A program made the translations under genes and the position numbers. A DNA stretch of 64,000 bases from Myxococcota bacterium (lineage in GTDB: Bacteria > Myxococcota_A > UBA796 > CAJQPC01). The stretch covers positions 64,001 through 128,000 of the forward strand of contig DASCPX010000129.1 in the NCBI GenBank assembly GCA_036012755.1, written 5' to 3'. Positions 45,812 through 56,412 of the stretch are shown piece by piece. Below the pieces are notes generated by a model. It did no database searches. It was given only the letters and a program-made list of their open reading frames with translations, and had not been told where the DNA came from. Each line of letters starts with the position of its first letter. The first letter of the stretch is position 1.

Positions 45812-47155
45812 GTGAGCGAAGTCACCAGCACCATCGCGGAGCCGCTCCGGCGGCAGATCCATCTCCGCAAGGGACGCCTCACCTGCGTCGCTGGTCCCGA
45901 CACGGGCGCCTCCTGGGAAGTGGACACAGACGTGCTCCACATCGGCGCCAAGGCCACCAACGACGTGATCCTCACCGACACCACCGTGAGCCGCCGCCAC
46001 GCAGAGGTCGTGCGCACCCGCGAGGGTGTGGTGCTTCGCGACTGCGGCTCCACCAATGGGACCTTCGTCGGGCCGATTCGCGTGAAGGAGGTCTTCCTCA
46101 CCCCCGAGATGAGCTTCCGGGTCGGCAAGACGGAGCTGTCGTTCTCTCCGACCGACGAGGTCATCGAGATCCGCCCCTCCAAGAAGCACCAACTCGACCA
46201 GATGGTCGGAGACGCTGTCGCGATGCGAGAGCTCTTCTCCATCATCGAGCGGGTGGCGCCGACGAACCTCACCTGCCTGATCACCGGAGAGACCGGCACC
46301 GGGAAGGAGCTGGCATCTCGCGCGGTCCACAACCTCTCACCCCGGAAGAACGGACCGTTTCGCGTCTTCGACTGCGGCGCGGCTCCGGAGACGCTCATCG
46401 AGTCCGAGCTCTTTGGCCACGAGAAGGGATCTTTCACCGGGGCAGTGCAGGCCCGCGAGGGCGTCTTCGAGGCCGCCCACCGCGGCACCATCTTCCTCGA
46501 CGAGATCGGAGAGCTCCCGCTCGACCTGCAGCCGAAGCTCCTACGCGTGCTGGAGCAGCGCGAGGTCCGCCGTGTCGGGTCGGGACGCACTCGCGCGGTC
46601 GACGTGCGGGTGGTCGCCGCCACCAACCGCAACCTGATCGAGGAGGTCCGCGGCGGCCGGTTCCGCGAGGATCTCTACTACCGCCTCGCCGTCGTCGAGC
46701 TCCACCTGCCCGCGCTCCGTGATCGGGTCGAGGACCTCCGCGCGCTGGTCGACCACATGCTGAAGCGGAACCAGGTCGAGCTGCAGGTGAGCGAGTCGGT
46801 GCTGGAGCTCTTCAAGGCCTACCACTGGCCCGGGAACGTGCGCGAGCTGGCGAACGTGGTCGAGCGCGCCATCCCGTTCACCGACGGCGAGGAGATCACC
46901 TTGCACGCCCTGCCGGATGCGCTGCGTTCACCCGGACCCGGCCGCGGACCCTCCGCCGCGGCGGTCGGTGCGAGCTCGAGCTCTGCCGACGTGCCCTTCA
47001 AGGACGCGAAGGTGAAGCTCATCGAGGCCTTCGAGCGCCAGTACCTGCTCGATCTCATCGACCGCCACGGCGGCAACGTGTCGAAGGCGGCTCGCGCCGC
47101 TGACATGGACCGGAAGTCCATCACCCGGCTCCTCAAGAAGCACGGGATCCGCTGA
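45812..47155 (+). CDS. FHA-domain sigma54 enhancer-binding protein
   Basis: VSRRHAE and GSTNGT (FHA); [25 protein letters not shown]. Confidence 0.93.
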   Translation: MSEVTSTIAEPLRRQIHLRKGRLTCVAGPDTGASWEVDTDVLHIGAKATNDVILTDTTVSRRHAEVVRTREGVVLRDCGSTNGTFVGPIRVKEVFLTPEMSFRVGKTELSFSPTDEVIEIRPSKKHQLDQMVGDAVAMRELFSIIERVAPTNLTCLITGETGTGKELASRAVHNLSPRKNGPFRVFDCGAAPETLIESELFGHEKGSFTGAVQAREGVFEAAHRGTIFLDEIGELPLDLQPKLLRVLEQREVRRVGSGRTRAVDVRVVAATNRNLIEEVRGGRFREDLYYRLAVVELHLPALRDRVEDLRALVDHMLKRNQVELQVSESVLELFKAYHWPGNVRELANVVERAIPFTDGEEITLHALPDALRSPGPGRGPSAAAVGASSSSADVPFKDAKVKLIEAFERQYLLDLIDRHGGNVSKAARAADMDRKSITRLLKKHGIR

Positions 47156-47158
47156 GGG

Positions 47159-47611
47159 TCACCCGCGGCGCAGGAGCCTCTTCAACAGCGAGCGTCTGCC
47201 CAGCGGCGCCTCCTCGACCGGTCGTCTTCCCGCGAGCACCGCGCGGATCCACGCGACGAGGCGCTCGTCCGAGAGTTGGCCTCGCGCGTAGCCCTCCGCG
47301 GTCTCCATGACCTCTTCGGCGGAGCCCGCCCCCATCGGGTCGATGACGGCCACCGGAGTCGGTCGAAGGTCGGTCTTCAGGGTTCGGCAGAGGCTGATCG
47401 CTCCCCTGGGGTTTCGGGGGTCCACGGCGACGATGACGAGCTCCGGCGCAAGATCCCGCACCCTCTTCATGGCGGTGCGCGAGGGATCGTCGGGGAGCAC
47501 CCGAAACTCGTCCCGAAGGGCGCCGATGAGCGCCAGCCTATGGCCAGGGTCCCCCACGAGGACCAGCAGGCTCGGTCGCGGTTGGCTGTTCGTCACGGCT
47601 ACAAGCGCCAT
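47159..47611 (-). CDS. Degenerate receiver-like domain protein
   Basis: LLVLV...PELVIV...LCRTLK...TPVAVI receiver-like topology without the canonical Asp residues. Confidence 0.5.
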   Translation of the reverse strand: MALVAVTNSQPRPSLLVLVGDPGHRLALIGALRDEFRVLPDDPSRTAMKRVRDLAPELVIVAVDPRNPRGAISLCRTLKTDLRPTPVAVIDPMGAGSAEEVMETAEGYARGQLSDERLVAWIRAVLAGRRPVEEAPLGRRSLLKRLLRRG

Positions 47612-47656
47612 GGTAGCGTGCGGAGCACCCTGAACAGATGCTGGAGTCCACTCTTC

Positions 47657-48160
47657 ATGAGCAACCGTCTGCAGGATATCCAGGTCGAGCTGAGGTCCAT
47701 CCTGGATGCTCGGTTGGCCGAGCTGACAAAGGTCATCTCGGAGACCGAGAAGACGACCCGCGACATCGTCTCCGCCGAGCTCGAGATAGCCCGCACGACG
47801 CAGGCGGCCGAGGGGCTGGAGTCGGAGGCCGAGCGCCTGAAGAAGGACGCCGCGTCGATCAGGGCGCGCACCGCCGACATCACGAAGAGCCACTCCAAGC
47901 GGGTGGAGGAGCGCGACCTCTTGAAGCTGGAGCTGGAGGGCCTCGAGAAGGATGGCAGCGAGCTTAGAAAGGAGGTCACGAGCCTGGAGAAGAAGGTCAA
48001 GAGAGCAGAGGAGCGGAGCTCCAAGCTCGCTGCCGACAAGGACAACCTGGAGAGCAAGCTCAAGGAGCTTCGTGAGCAGATCGCGAAGATGAAGAAGCTG
48101 AAGGCCGACCTGATGAGCTCGATGAGGGGGAACATGAGCGAGCTCACCGGGGGCGACTAG
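47657..48160 (+). CDS. Coiled-coil protein
   Basis: Continuous E/K/L heptad pattern. Confidence 0.7.
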   Translation: MSNRLQDIQVELRSILDARLAELTKVISETEKTTRDIVSAELEIARTTQAAEGLESEAERLKKDAASIRARTADITKSHSKRVEERDLLKLELEGLEKDGSELRKEVTSLEKKVKRAEERSSKLAADKDNLESKLKELREQIAKMKKLKADLMSSMRGNMSELTGGD

Positions 48161-48328
48161 TGCCCCTCGGCAGAAGTCGCGACGCGCCTTCCACCGGCGC
48201 CTTCGGCGCGCGCCGCGGCGCGGCGCTGGGGCACTCGTTTCCTTCCAGGGGGGCCCCTCCCCCCGGGCCTACGGCCCTCCCCCCGTCGCAGCCCCGACTG
48301 CGTCGGAACTTACGCGGGAGAGAACTAG
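48157..48328. mobile_element. Candidate MITE-like element with imperfect terminal inverted repeats
   Basis: CTAG at both ends; the 28-nt ends match 19/28 as an inverted repeat; GC-rich hairpin-prone interior. Confidence 0.4.
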
Positions 48329-48331
48329 TCA

Positions 48332-50122
48332 ATGGCGCGTAAGGGCTCCAAGAAGCCGGGGGCCGACGACGCGCTGGCGGCGGCGCTCGCACTTCGGGAT
48401 GTGCTGTCGACTGCCGCCGGCACCCTTGCGGTCCTGAAGACCCAGGGAGTCTCCCTGGAGGCCATCCACGACTCCGAGAGGGTCCGCTACGAGGCCTACG
48501 GCTCACGCTTCGACAAGCTCGCTCGCCGGGCCCGCTTCCTGCGCATCCGCTGCGAGGTCTACTCTTCCGTCGAGTGGCCCTCGCTGGACATCGAGTCCCT
48601 CGAGCGCACGGTGGACATCAAGGAGCCGCCTGCTCCGGTCGCTGCCGAGGTCATCGAGTTCTTCGAAGACAACGATGAGAACACCACGCCGCTGCCGGAC
48701 GTCTCGGACCGGACGGATCCGCATGGCTTCGAGGACGACGAGGCCACCGTCCTTCACACGCCCGTGGAGGGACCGGCCACGCTCGTCCCTGAGACGTCCG
48801 CCGACCAGGAGGGCAGCGTCGATCTTGACGCGAGCCTGGAGGCCGAGCTGGTGGACGATCTCGGCGAGGCCAGCGTGGACATCGTCGAGGATGAGTCCGC
48901 GAGTGATGACGAGATCGCACCGGAACCGGAGCCGGAACCGGAGCCGGAAGCGGAACCGGAAGCGGAAGCGGAACCTGGTGCTGTCTTCGAGCCGCGCGTG
49001 GTCGAACAGGTCGTGGTCGAACAGGTCGTGGTCGATCCTCTGCCCGTCGTCGAGGAAGACCCGGAACCTGAGCCTGAGCCCGAGCCTGAGCCGGAACCTG
49101 AAGCGGAGCTGGAGCCGGAACCTGAACCTGAACCTGATCCAGCCGGGATCGTGGATGTCGACCAGGTCGCAACGGAGATGGAGACCTTCGACCCGGTGGA
49201 GGCGGTCCTCTTCGAGGTCGACGCCGGCGCACGGGACGACACCGGCGTTCACAGCGGGAACGACAACCCCGCGAACCTCGTGGACGAGCTCGGCAAGACC
49301 ATCCTGCCGACCATCAAGGACCGCTCGAGCGGCACGGGCCCCGTGGCGGCAGCGGCCGTCCAGATGAACCCGGATGGGAGCGCCACGGCCATCGGGGGAG
49401 AGGACGAAGACGAGGACATCGAGCTCGCGCTCGGTGACGCGGGTCCTGAGTACGATGCGATGCCCGTGGCGGATTCCGGCTTCGCCTTCGAGCACGAGGA
49501 GCCCGAGTACGAGGACGACGAGGAGTCCCAGGACCTCCCCAAGGCCCCGAAGCTGACGCCGGACGAGCCCGCCTACTCCAACTACCACGACGGCAGCGTC
49601 GAGCTGACCGGCGACGACATCTCGCAGATCGAGGAGGTGGACGAGGGCAGGATCCGGACCCTCGAGGAGCAGGCCCAGGAGGCCCTCGAGCGGGGCGACC
49701 TTCACGCGGCCGCGACCTCCTACAGCGATCTCCTCGAGCTCGATCCGACCAACCTCGACGCCTACCTCGGGCGTGGCCGTTGCTACCTCGATCTCGGCGA
49801 CTACGCGGCCGCGATGTCGGACTTCCAGAAGGGCGAGGACCTCGACCCGGAGGGACCGGAGAGCCTGGTGGCCATGGGCGAGCTCTTCTTCGCGCGCAAG
49901 GAATACAGCCGGGCCATCGAGTTCTTCGATCAGGCCATCGAGCTCGACGGCTCGCACGCCATGGCGCGCTGTCGGCGAGGCATCTCCTACTACTACAAGA
50001 AGAGCTACCGCCAGGCGTTCCTGGACTTGCAGAAGGCCTACACGCTGGACCCGGAGATCCCGAACATCCGCAAGTACGTCCAGATGGCCATCAAGAAGCT
50101 GGAGCGGTCCGGCGAGGGCTGA
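48332..50122 (+). CDS. TPR protein with long acidic, PE-repeat disordered region
   Basis: C-terminal TPRs ([19 protein letters not shown]) and EPEPEP tracts. Confidence 0.8.
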   Translation: MARKGSKKPGADDALAAALALRDVLSTAAGTLAVLKTQGVSLEAIHDSERVRYEAYGSRFDKLARRARFLRIRCEVYSSVEWPSLDIESLERTVDIKEPPAPVAAEVIEFFEDNDENTTPLPDVSDRTDPHGFEDDEATVLHTPVEGPATLVPETSADQEGSVDLDASLEAELVDDLGEASVDIVEDESASDDEIAPEPEPEPEPEAEPEAEAEPGAVFEPRVVEQVVVEQVVVDPLPVVEEDPEPEPEPEPEPEPEAELEPEPEPEPDPAGIVDVDQVATEMETFDPVEAVLFEVDAGARDDTGVHSGNDNPANLVDELGKTILPTIKDRSSGTGPVAAAAVQMNPDGSATAIGGEDEDEDIELALGDAGPEYDAMPVADSGFAFEHEEPEYEDDEESQDLPKAPKLTPDEPAYSNYHDGSVELTGDDISQIEEVDEGRIRTLEEQAQEALERGDLHAAATSYSDLLELDPTNLDAYLGRGRCYLDLGDYAAAMSDFQKGEDLDPEGPESLVAMGELFFARKEYSRAIEFFDQAIELDGSHAMARCRRGISYYYKKSYRQAFLDLQKAYTLDPEIPNIRKYVQMAIKKLERSGEG

Positions 50123-50232
50123 ACTCCGGGTGCGTAAGCGCCTTCGCGGGAGCCTCCTGCCAAGCGCGTAGTCGCGTTCGCGCTTCGTCTTTTCCAGACG
50201 GCCAAGACCCTGGAATCAGGATCCCAGAGGAG

Positions 50233-50249
50233 TTGGCATGGTCCCTGCA
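50233..50249 (+). promoter_or_regulatory. Sigma54 promoter
   Basis: TTGGCATGGTCCCTGCA: GG(50235-6)-N10-GC(50247-8), about 35 nt before the small ORF. Confidence 0.6.
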
Positions 50250-50283
50250 GTAGGACCGGCGAACGATAGCTGGACGCGTCCGC

Positions 50284-50472
50284 ATGATCCCGATGACCGA
50301 GACCAAGAACGACCTCTTCAAGAACCGGAACCGTACGGTGGCGCGCTCGTTCTACCGGCACCTGAAGGCCGAGGGCTTCTCGCACGAGCAGATCATCGAG
50401 CTCTCCACGACGCTCCTGGATCTGGTCGCCAGCGATCTGCAGCAGCGCAAGGCCGAGGTCCAGGCCAAGTAG
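50284..50472 (+). CDS. Small helical hypothetical protein
   Basis: 62 aa with good codon bias; VARSFYRHLKAEGFSHEQIIELSTTLLDLV; preceded by a sigma54 motif. Confidence 0.7.
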   Translation: MIPMTETKNDLFKNRNRTVARSFYRHLKAEGFSHEQIIELSTTLLDLVASDLQQRKAEVQAK

Positions 50473-50475
50473 GCC

Positions 50476-51378
50476 TCAGTCCGGCTTCAGCACCGTCATC
50501 AGCTCTCGCCACTCCCGAGGGCTCATCCCGCTGCCCTCCTGGTGGACGTCCTCGCCCCTGATCATGCGGCGGACGACCTCGATCGACGCGCGTGACAGAA
50601 AGGCGCCCTGCAGGCGGTAGTCGACGAAGGCCTCCCAGGCGTGGGGGACCCAGGCTTGGACGAACTGCGCGATGGCCTCGCCGTAGACGCGGATCTCGTA
50701 CTGGGCGTGGGGGTGCATCCGCAGCGACAGGAAGTGCAGCAGGTTGTGGAGGTCGATCTTCCAGTACCACTGGGTGTAGTAGTTGACCGGGAGGTCCATC
50801 CTGGCGAGCTCGCGGGCGAGCTGGTGCTCCTCCATGAGCTCTTCATAGGTGTCGTAGCTCTGCAGCGCGTCGCGCTTGAGCAGCTCGAGGACCTGGGCCG
50901 CAGCCTCGGGCTCGAGGGTCTCGCCGCGGCCTTGCTTGTTGTCCTTCGACTGGACCGCCAGCTGCTCGGGTGCCGGGATGTAGAACTCCTTGTCGAGCAC
51001 CGAGTACCGGGCGCTGTACTCGTTCACGTTCGCCGTGCGATGGCGAATCCACTGCCTCGCGACGAAGATGGGCAGCTTGCAGTGGAGCTTGATCTCGGCC
51101 ATCTCCAGGGGGGTCGTGTGGCGATGGCGCATGAGGTAGCGGATCAGCCCGCGGTCCTGGCGCATCTTCTTCGTACCCCGGCCGTAGCTGACCCTGGCAG
51201 CCTGCACGATGGCGGAGTCGTCGCCCATGTAGTCGACGCAGCGGACGAAGCCGTGGTCGAGGCATGGGATCGGCTCGTAGAGCATCTCTTCCAGCGCAGG
51301 CACCGTCGCGCGCCTGGTCTCGTGGCGCTGCGCCTTGGCCTCGTCGATGGCCTCGCGCATGTCTCCACTGAGCTTCAT
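50476..51378 (-). CDS. thyX: FAD-dependent thymidylate synthase
   Basis: [31 protein letters not shown] (RHRx7S), [15 protein letters not shown]. Confidence 0.96.
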   Translation of the reverse strand: MKLSGDMREAIDEAKAQRHETRRATVPALEEMLYEPIPCLDHGFVRCVDYMGDDSAIVQAARVSYGRGTKKMRQDRGLIRYLMRHRHTTPLEMAEIKLHCKLPIFVARQWIRHRTANVNEYSARYSVLDKEFYIPAPEQLAVQSKDNKQGRGETLEPEAAAQVLELLKRDALQSYDTYEELMEEHQLARELARMDLPVNYYTQWYWKIDLHNLLHFLSLRMHPHAQYEIRVYGEAIAQFVQAWVPHAWEAFVDYRLQGAFLSRASIEVVRRMIRGEDVHQEGSGMSPREWRELMTVLKPD

Positions 51379-51423
51379 GGACCTCTCCAGCGGGGTAGAG
51401 TCCCTAACCCCCGTGGAGGAACG

Positions 51424-52548
51424 ATGACGCCCGAAGCCTTCGCCGAAGAGGCCACGAAAGCTCTCGGAAACGGAGACGCCGAGCAGGCGCTGGAGTGGAT
51501 GGGTCGCGCCGTCGAGTCCTCTGAGCACCCGCGGCCTGATCTCGAGCACGGCATGGCGGTCATCCTGCTCCAGCTGGGCCGACCCGGCGAGGCCCTGCCG
51601 CACCTGGAGAGCGCCCTGGAGCTCGCCTGGGAGGCCAACGTGCCGGGGGCCTTCCTGGCCCACATCCACACGGCGCTGGCCGCGGCGCACGAAGACCTCG
51701 ACCATCCAGGGCGCGCCTTGGAGATCTACGACAAGCTCTACGACATCGACGCCCGTCACGAGGCCCGCTCGAGCCACGCCCACCTGCTGCTCGGCATGGG
51801 GCGAACGGACGAAGGCATCGAGGAGCTCGGGCGCTACCTCGAGCTCGCGGACGTGGCGGACGAGTTCAAGGAAGCGGCGTCCAGCTTCATGAAGGACGTC
51901 GTGGACTTCCGCGACGACTGCGACCCCCGCGAGCTCCTCGGGGCCCACCGCGGCGGCTACGTCGAGTTCTTCGACGCCAAGGCGGCGGAGATGGCCGAGC
52001 AGGGCTGGATCGCCGAACCGGCCCGAATGACCCGGGCGCCGGACGGGCGGCTGTTGCCCGTCATCCCAGAAGGTGCCCGCCCCTACGCTGCGGTCCGTGT
52101 CGACCTCGCCAGCCCCGAAGGTGGCGCCGGCCAGATCGGCGATCAGCCCATGATCGTGGCGCTGGCAGGCTTCGAGACCCTCGCCCAGGCTCCGGTCTCC
52201 TTCCTGGACAAGACGCAGCCCTTTCCGATCTGGATCGCATCCCAGTGCCCGTGGGACCAGATGCCCATCACGGTCGTCGTGGGTCGCGGCGACGCAGAGG
52301 AGCTGGTCGAGCCCATCGTCGCCGAGTGGTACACAGCCGGCTTCAACGGTGCCTTCGGAAGCGCCGAGCTGGGTCGCTTCCACTACATCAGCGACCCCGA
52401 GCCCACCCACGATGGCCGCGGGGTGCGCTTCCACGTCGACCTCGGGCGCGCCGAGCTGCGCTGCATCGACGCCCTCATCGACGCTCTGGTGCCGGTCCAC
52501 TCGGTCCATGGCGTCGACAAGCTGCTGTTTGGACGAGGTCACGCCTGA
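51424..52548 (+). CDS. TPR-containing hypothetical protein
   Basis: N-terminal TPR-like helices; GGAGG RBS before ATG 51424. Confidence 0.7.
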   Translation: MTPEAFAEEATKALGNGDAEQALEWMGRAVESSEHPRPDLEHGMAVILLQLGRPGEALPHLESALELAWEANVPGAFLAHIHTALAAAHEDLDHPGRALEIYDKLYDIDARHEARSSHAHLLLGMGRTDEGIEELGRYLELADVADEFKEAASSFMKDVVDFRDDCDPRELLGAHRGGYVEFFDAKAAEMAEQGWIAEPARMTRAPDGRLLPVIPEGARPYAAVRVDLASPEGGAGQIGDQPMIVALAGFETLAQAPVSFLDKTQPFPIWIASQCPWDQMPITVVVGRGDAEELVEPIVAEWYTAGFNGAFGSAELGRFHYISDPEPTHDGRGVRFHVDLGRAELRCIDALIDALVPVHSVHGVDKLLFGRGHA

Positions 52549-52985
52549 GGGCCCTGCTCTGGGAGGCCCTGCGGATCGCCGGTGCTCTCGGCCTGTTCTT
52601 GGGAGTGATCCTCTGTGCGACCTTCCTCCCGGCTGCCGACTTCGGCTCCGATGGGGACGGGGCATCAAAGGCACCCTGCGAGGTCCTGTCCAACACCAGC
52701 TCCAGCTACTCGGACGAGGGTGGGCAGATCTACGAGCTCGTCTTCGACCACGAGGGCGGCCAGGGCGTCGCCTACACCTATGACGCCGAGCTCATGGGCT
52801 CGACCACCTGCATGCAGCCCAATGGGGCTCCGGAGCGCATCCGCCCGGTCGGCTCTGAGATGAAGCCCTTCGGCGCCGAGACGCTGTTCGTCCTCGTCTT
52901 CGTCCTCGGCGGGCTCGCGATGATCATCGGCGCCACCGTGATGAAGCGGCGTCACATCGCCAGGATCATGGAAGGCACCGAGTAG
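52545..52985 (+). CDS. Small two-TM membrane protein
   Basis: Two hydrophobic segments flanking a short soluble domain. Start uncertain, possibly CTG overlapping the upstream stop. Confidence 0.55.
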   Translation: MRALLWEALRIAGALGLFLGVILCATFLPAADFGSDGDGASKAPCEVLSNTSSSYSDEGGQIYELVFDHEGGQGVAYTYDAELMGSTTCMQPNGAPERIRPVGSEMKPFGAETLFVLVFVLGGLAMIIGATVMKRRHIARIMEGTE

Positions 52986-53002
52986 TCAGCAGAGGAACAG
53001 GA

Positions 53003-54691
53003 TCATGCGGGAAGGCCTACCCGATCCCGGGCCTCCATGCGCCCGTAGATCCTGCGATACGCGCCGTCCTGGGTGACCAGATCTTCGTGCCTGCCGGTCT
53101 GCACGATGCGGCCCTGTTCCAGCACGAGCACTCGATCCGCGCGCTGGATCGTGGCCCTCCTGTGGGTCACGACGACCGTCGCCATGCCTCCGATGCGCTC
53201 CTCCAGGGCCTGCCAGAAGGCGGCCTCGGTGTCGGCGTCCAGCGCCGCTGTGGCATCGTCCAACAGGAGCACGTCGGGCTCGCCGACCAGCGCACGGGCC
53301 AGGGCCACGCGCTGCTGTTGACCACCGGACAGCGTCACGCCGCGCTCGCCGACCCAGGTGTCGAGGCCCTCCGAGAACGCAGGCAGATCCTGCTCCAGGC
53401 GCGAGATGCGAAGGGCCGCGTCGAGGTCCCCCTCCCGCCCGAGCATGATGTTCTCCGACAGCGGAGCCGACAGGAGCACCGGGTCCTGGGGCACGACCGC
53501 GAGCTCGAGGCCCACCCGTCGGGAGCCAGAGCTCGGACGGGCGCCGCTGATTGCATGCACGAGCGTGGTCTTGCCCGCGCCGACCGCGCCGACGACCGCG
53601 ACGATCTCGCCCGGGCTGACGACGAAGTCGACCTCGCGAAGCAAGGTCGCGCCGTCCTCGCTGATGACAGAGGCCCCGCGGAGCTCGACGCCTCCGCCCT
53701 CGGGTGGGTCGTCGAGGGCTTCGTCGCCGGGGGCCTCGTCCAGCAGTCCGTCGAGTCGCCGCAGCGCTGTCGCGGTCTGCTTGTAGCGGGAGAGGAACAT
53801 GCCGACATCGAACATCGGCCAGATGAGGACGTTGACGAGGCCCTCGAAGGTGATGAACTCGCCGAGGGTGAGCTCCTCGCCGAGCACATGGAGCCCGCCG
53901 GCGAGCAGCAGCGCGACCAGCGCGATCTGCCAGCCGTAGCCATAGAGCAGGAGCACCCCCTGCTGGACCCGCTGGGTCTGGACCTCCGCGTGTTCCTGGC
54001 GCTCGATCTGGCCGGCGAAGCGACTCCGGGCCTGGGCCACGAGGCGGCAGGCCTGCACGATGCGGATGCCCCCGAAGGTGCTGGTCAGCTCGTCGTTGAT
54101 CCCGCTGATGGCCTGCTGGACAGCAAGGAAGCGCTTGCCCAGCGCATCCTGGGCGAAGGCCTGGAGTCCGAGGAGGACAGGGAGGGGCAACAGGATCCAC
54201 AACGTCAGCTGCCAGTCGATCGAGGCCATGGCCACCACGCAGGCAAGGACGATGAGCGTGGCCTCGTAGGTCCGGAAGACGCCGGAGCAGAGGAACCAGC
54301 TGATCTTGTCGCCGGCGTCGTCGGTCAGGCGGGTCACCACGTCGCCGGTGCGCCAGCGTCGGTAGAAGCTCTCGTCGAGCCGCGAGAGGTGACCGAAGAC
54401 CACGGTGCGCGCCCGCCACTGGAGCCGCGCGTTCATGTAGCTCCTGGTGCCCTGCAGGAAGACATAGAGCAGGCGGTGGCTGACACCGAGCAGCGCGAGC
54501 CAGAGGGCGATCTCGCGCAGGGTCGCGGCCTCGCCGCTGCCGATGGCGTCGACGATGTACTGCCAGAGCCAGGGAAACGCGGTGACCAGCACAGCGCTCC
54601 CGAGGGACAGCACGAGCACGATGCCCAGACCCACCGGCGAGCCCTTCCAGAGCGCGAGGCCCCAACGCCAGACGACGCGCAGGTCGCTCAT
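53003..54691 (-). CDS. ABC exporter, fused TMD-NBD subunit
   Basis: TM domain, GAVGAGKT, LSGGQQQR, LLLDDATAALD. Confidence 0.92.
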   Translation of the reverse strand: MSDLRVVWRWGLALWKGSPVGLGIVLVLSLGSAVLVTAFPWLWQYIVDAIGSGEAATLREIALWLALLGVSHRLLYVFLQGTRSYMNARLQWRARTVVFGHLSRLDESFYRRWRTGDVVTRLTDDAGDKISWFLCSGVFRTYEATLIVLACVVAMASIDWQLTLWILLPLPVLLGLQAFAQDALGKRFLAVQQAISGINDELTSTFGGIRIVQACRLVAQARSRFAGQIERQEHAEVQTQRVQQGVLLLYGYGWQIALVALLLAGGLHVLGEELTLGEFITFEGLVNVLIWPMFDVGMFLSRYKQTATALRRLDGLLDEAPGDEALDDPPEGGGVELRGASVISEDGATLLREVDFVVSPGEIVAVVGAVGAGKTTLVHAISGARPSSGSRRVGLELAVVPQDPVLLSAPLSENIMLGREGDLDAALRISRLEQDLPAFSEGLDTWVGERGVTLSGGQQQRVALARALVGEPDVLLLDDATAALDADTEAAFWQALEERIGGMATVVVTHRRATIQRADRVLVLEQGRIVQTGRHEDLVTQDGAYRRIYGRMEARDRVGLPA

Positions 54692-56376
54692 GCGGCGGCC
54701 TGGAGTTGATGCAGCGCCGCGTAGAGCCCACCGGCGTCGATGAGCTCGTCGTGGGTGCCGAGCTCCTCGACCACACCGGCTCGCAGGACTGCAATGGTGT
54801 CGCAGGCCCGCACCGTGGCGAGGCGGTGGGCGACGGTGACGACCGTGCGTCCGGCCATCAGGCGGGACAGCGCCCCTTGGACGAGCGCCTCTGTCTCCGG
54901 GTCCACGGCGCTGGTCGCTTCGTCGAGGACCAGGATCTCGGGGTCGTCGACGATGGCGCGGGCGAAGGTGAGCAGCTGGCGCTCCCCCCTGGAGAGGTTG
55001 GAGCCTCCATCCCGGAGCTCGTGGTGCAGGGGCATGTCGATGCCCAGGGTGTCCAGCGCGCGCCTCGCTCGATCCTGGTCGCCGCCGAGGTTGTCCAGCA
55101 CGCTCCCAGCGAAGAGGTGGACATCCTGCAGGACCAGCCCGATGCGTTGGCGGAGGTCCTCGACCGCGAGATCCCGGAGATCGACGCCGTCGATGCGCAC
55201 GCTCCCAGCGGTGGGGTCCCGGAAGCGCAGCAGCAGGTTCAAGACCGTGCTCTTTCCTGCTCCGGTAGCCCCGACGATGCCGACGTGGAGGCCCGCGGGG
55301 ATGTCGAGGCTCAGGCCTCGCAGGACTGGTGTTCCCTCGACGTATTCGAACCGGACCTCGTCGAGCTGCATGCCGAGCTCCACCCCTGGCCAGGGCACCG
55401 CCTCCTCGGGATCCGTGATGTTGCGTGGTGTGTCGAGGATGTCGCTGACCCGGATGGCCGCAGCTCGGGCCCTCTCCAGGGTCGAGAGGTGGTGGGACAG
55501 CCGAATGAGCGGGTGGAACATCTGGCGGAGGTAGCCGAGGCCCATCACCAACGCGCCGATGGTCAAGGTCCCCTGGTCGACCTTCCATGCGCCGACCGCG
55601 AGCAGCACCACCATGCCCAGGCTGCGAACCAGGACCACCGAGTTGAAGTACCAGATGCCCTGCATGTGGGACTTGAACTCCTTGTGGAAGACCTCTTCGT
55701 TGAGCGCCTCGCTGCGGTCGCGCGCCCACTGCTCCCGGCGGAAGCCGCGCAGGGTGGGCATCGCGCGGACGAGCTCGGTGAGCAGTCCCGTCAGCGTCGA
55801 GCGCACCTTGCGCAGGGCCAGGAAGTAAGGGGGGGCGACCTTGCGGAAGAGCGCGAAGAGCAGGAGATAGAAGGGCAGCACTGCGGCGCACAGGGGCGCG
55901 ATCTCCGGGGCCGAGACCGCCATCACGGAGAACATGCCGACGAAGAGCAGGACATCCGCGGGCAGAGCCAGCAGGACCTCGGCGAAGAGCACCCGCAAGG
56001 CGTCGGTGTCGCCCTGCACACGGGTGATGAGGCGCCCGCTGGTGTGCTGGTCGTGGAAGGCCAGGTCGTGCTCGACGAGGTGGTCGAACAAGAGGCGCTT
56101 GAGCCCCTTCATCGCCCGCTGGGCGCAGATCTCGATGCCAACCCGCGCGGCGTAGGTGAGCCCCAGGTTTCCGGCGAGCACGGCGGTGAAGAGCGCTGCC
56201 TTCACCACCAGCCCTTCGCGGTCACCCCTCGCGAGGTCCTCGTCGATCGCGGTCGCCAGCAACCAGGGACCAGCGAGGTTGAGCCCGGTGGCCGCGATGA
56301 GACCCAGGATCGAGGCCGTGAGCAGGCCAAGACGTCCCCGAAACAGCGGGGCCAGTCTCAGGAGGGGGTGAGGCAC
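54688..56376 (-). CDS. ABC exporter, fused TMD-NBD subunit (heterodimer partner)
   Basis: GATGAGKS, LSRGERQ, LVLDEATSAVD, AHRL. Confidence 0.92.
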   Translation of the reverse strand: MPHPLLRLAPLFRGRLGLLTASILGLIAATGLNLAGPWLLATAIDEDLARGDREGLVVKAALFTAVLAGNLGLTYAARVGIEICAQRAMKGLKRLLFDHLVEHDLAFHDQHTSGRLITRVQGDTDALRVLFAEVLLALPADVLLFVGMFSVMAVSAPEIAPLCAAVLPFYLLLFALFRKVAPPYFLALRKVRSTLTGLLTELVRAMPTLRGFRREQWARDRSEALNEEVFHKEFKSHMQGIWYFNSVVLVRSLGMVVLLAVGAWKVDQGTLTIGALVMGLGYLRQMFHPLIRLSHHLSTLERARAAAIRVSDILDTPRNITDPEEAVPWPGVELGMQLDEVRFEYVEGTPVLRGLSLDIPAGLHVGIVGATGAGKSTVLNLLLRFRDPTAGSVRIDGVDLRDLAVEDLRQRIGLVLQDVHLFAGSVLDNLGGDQDRARRALDTLGIDMPLHHELRDGGSNLSRGERQLLTFARAIVDDPEILVLDEATSAVDPETEALVQGALSRLMAGRTVVTVAHRLATVRACDTIAVLRAGVVEELGTHDELIDAGGLYAALHQLQAAA

Positions 56377-56412
56377 CGCGACAGGGTAATCACCGGACTC
56401 GGTGCAGAACCC

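Noticed and set aside
48920..49140. CCGGAA/CCTGAG short tandem repeats
   Set aside because: They encode Pro-Glu linkers in the TPR protein; ordinary low-complexity sequence.
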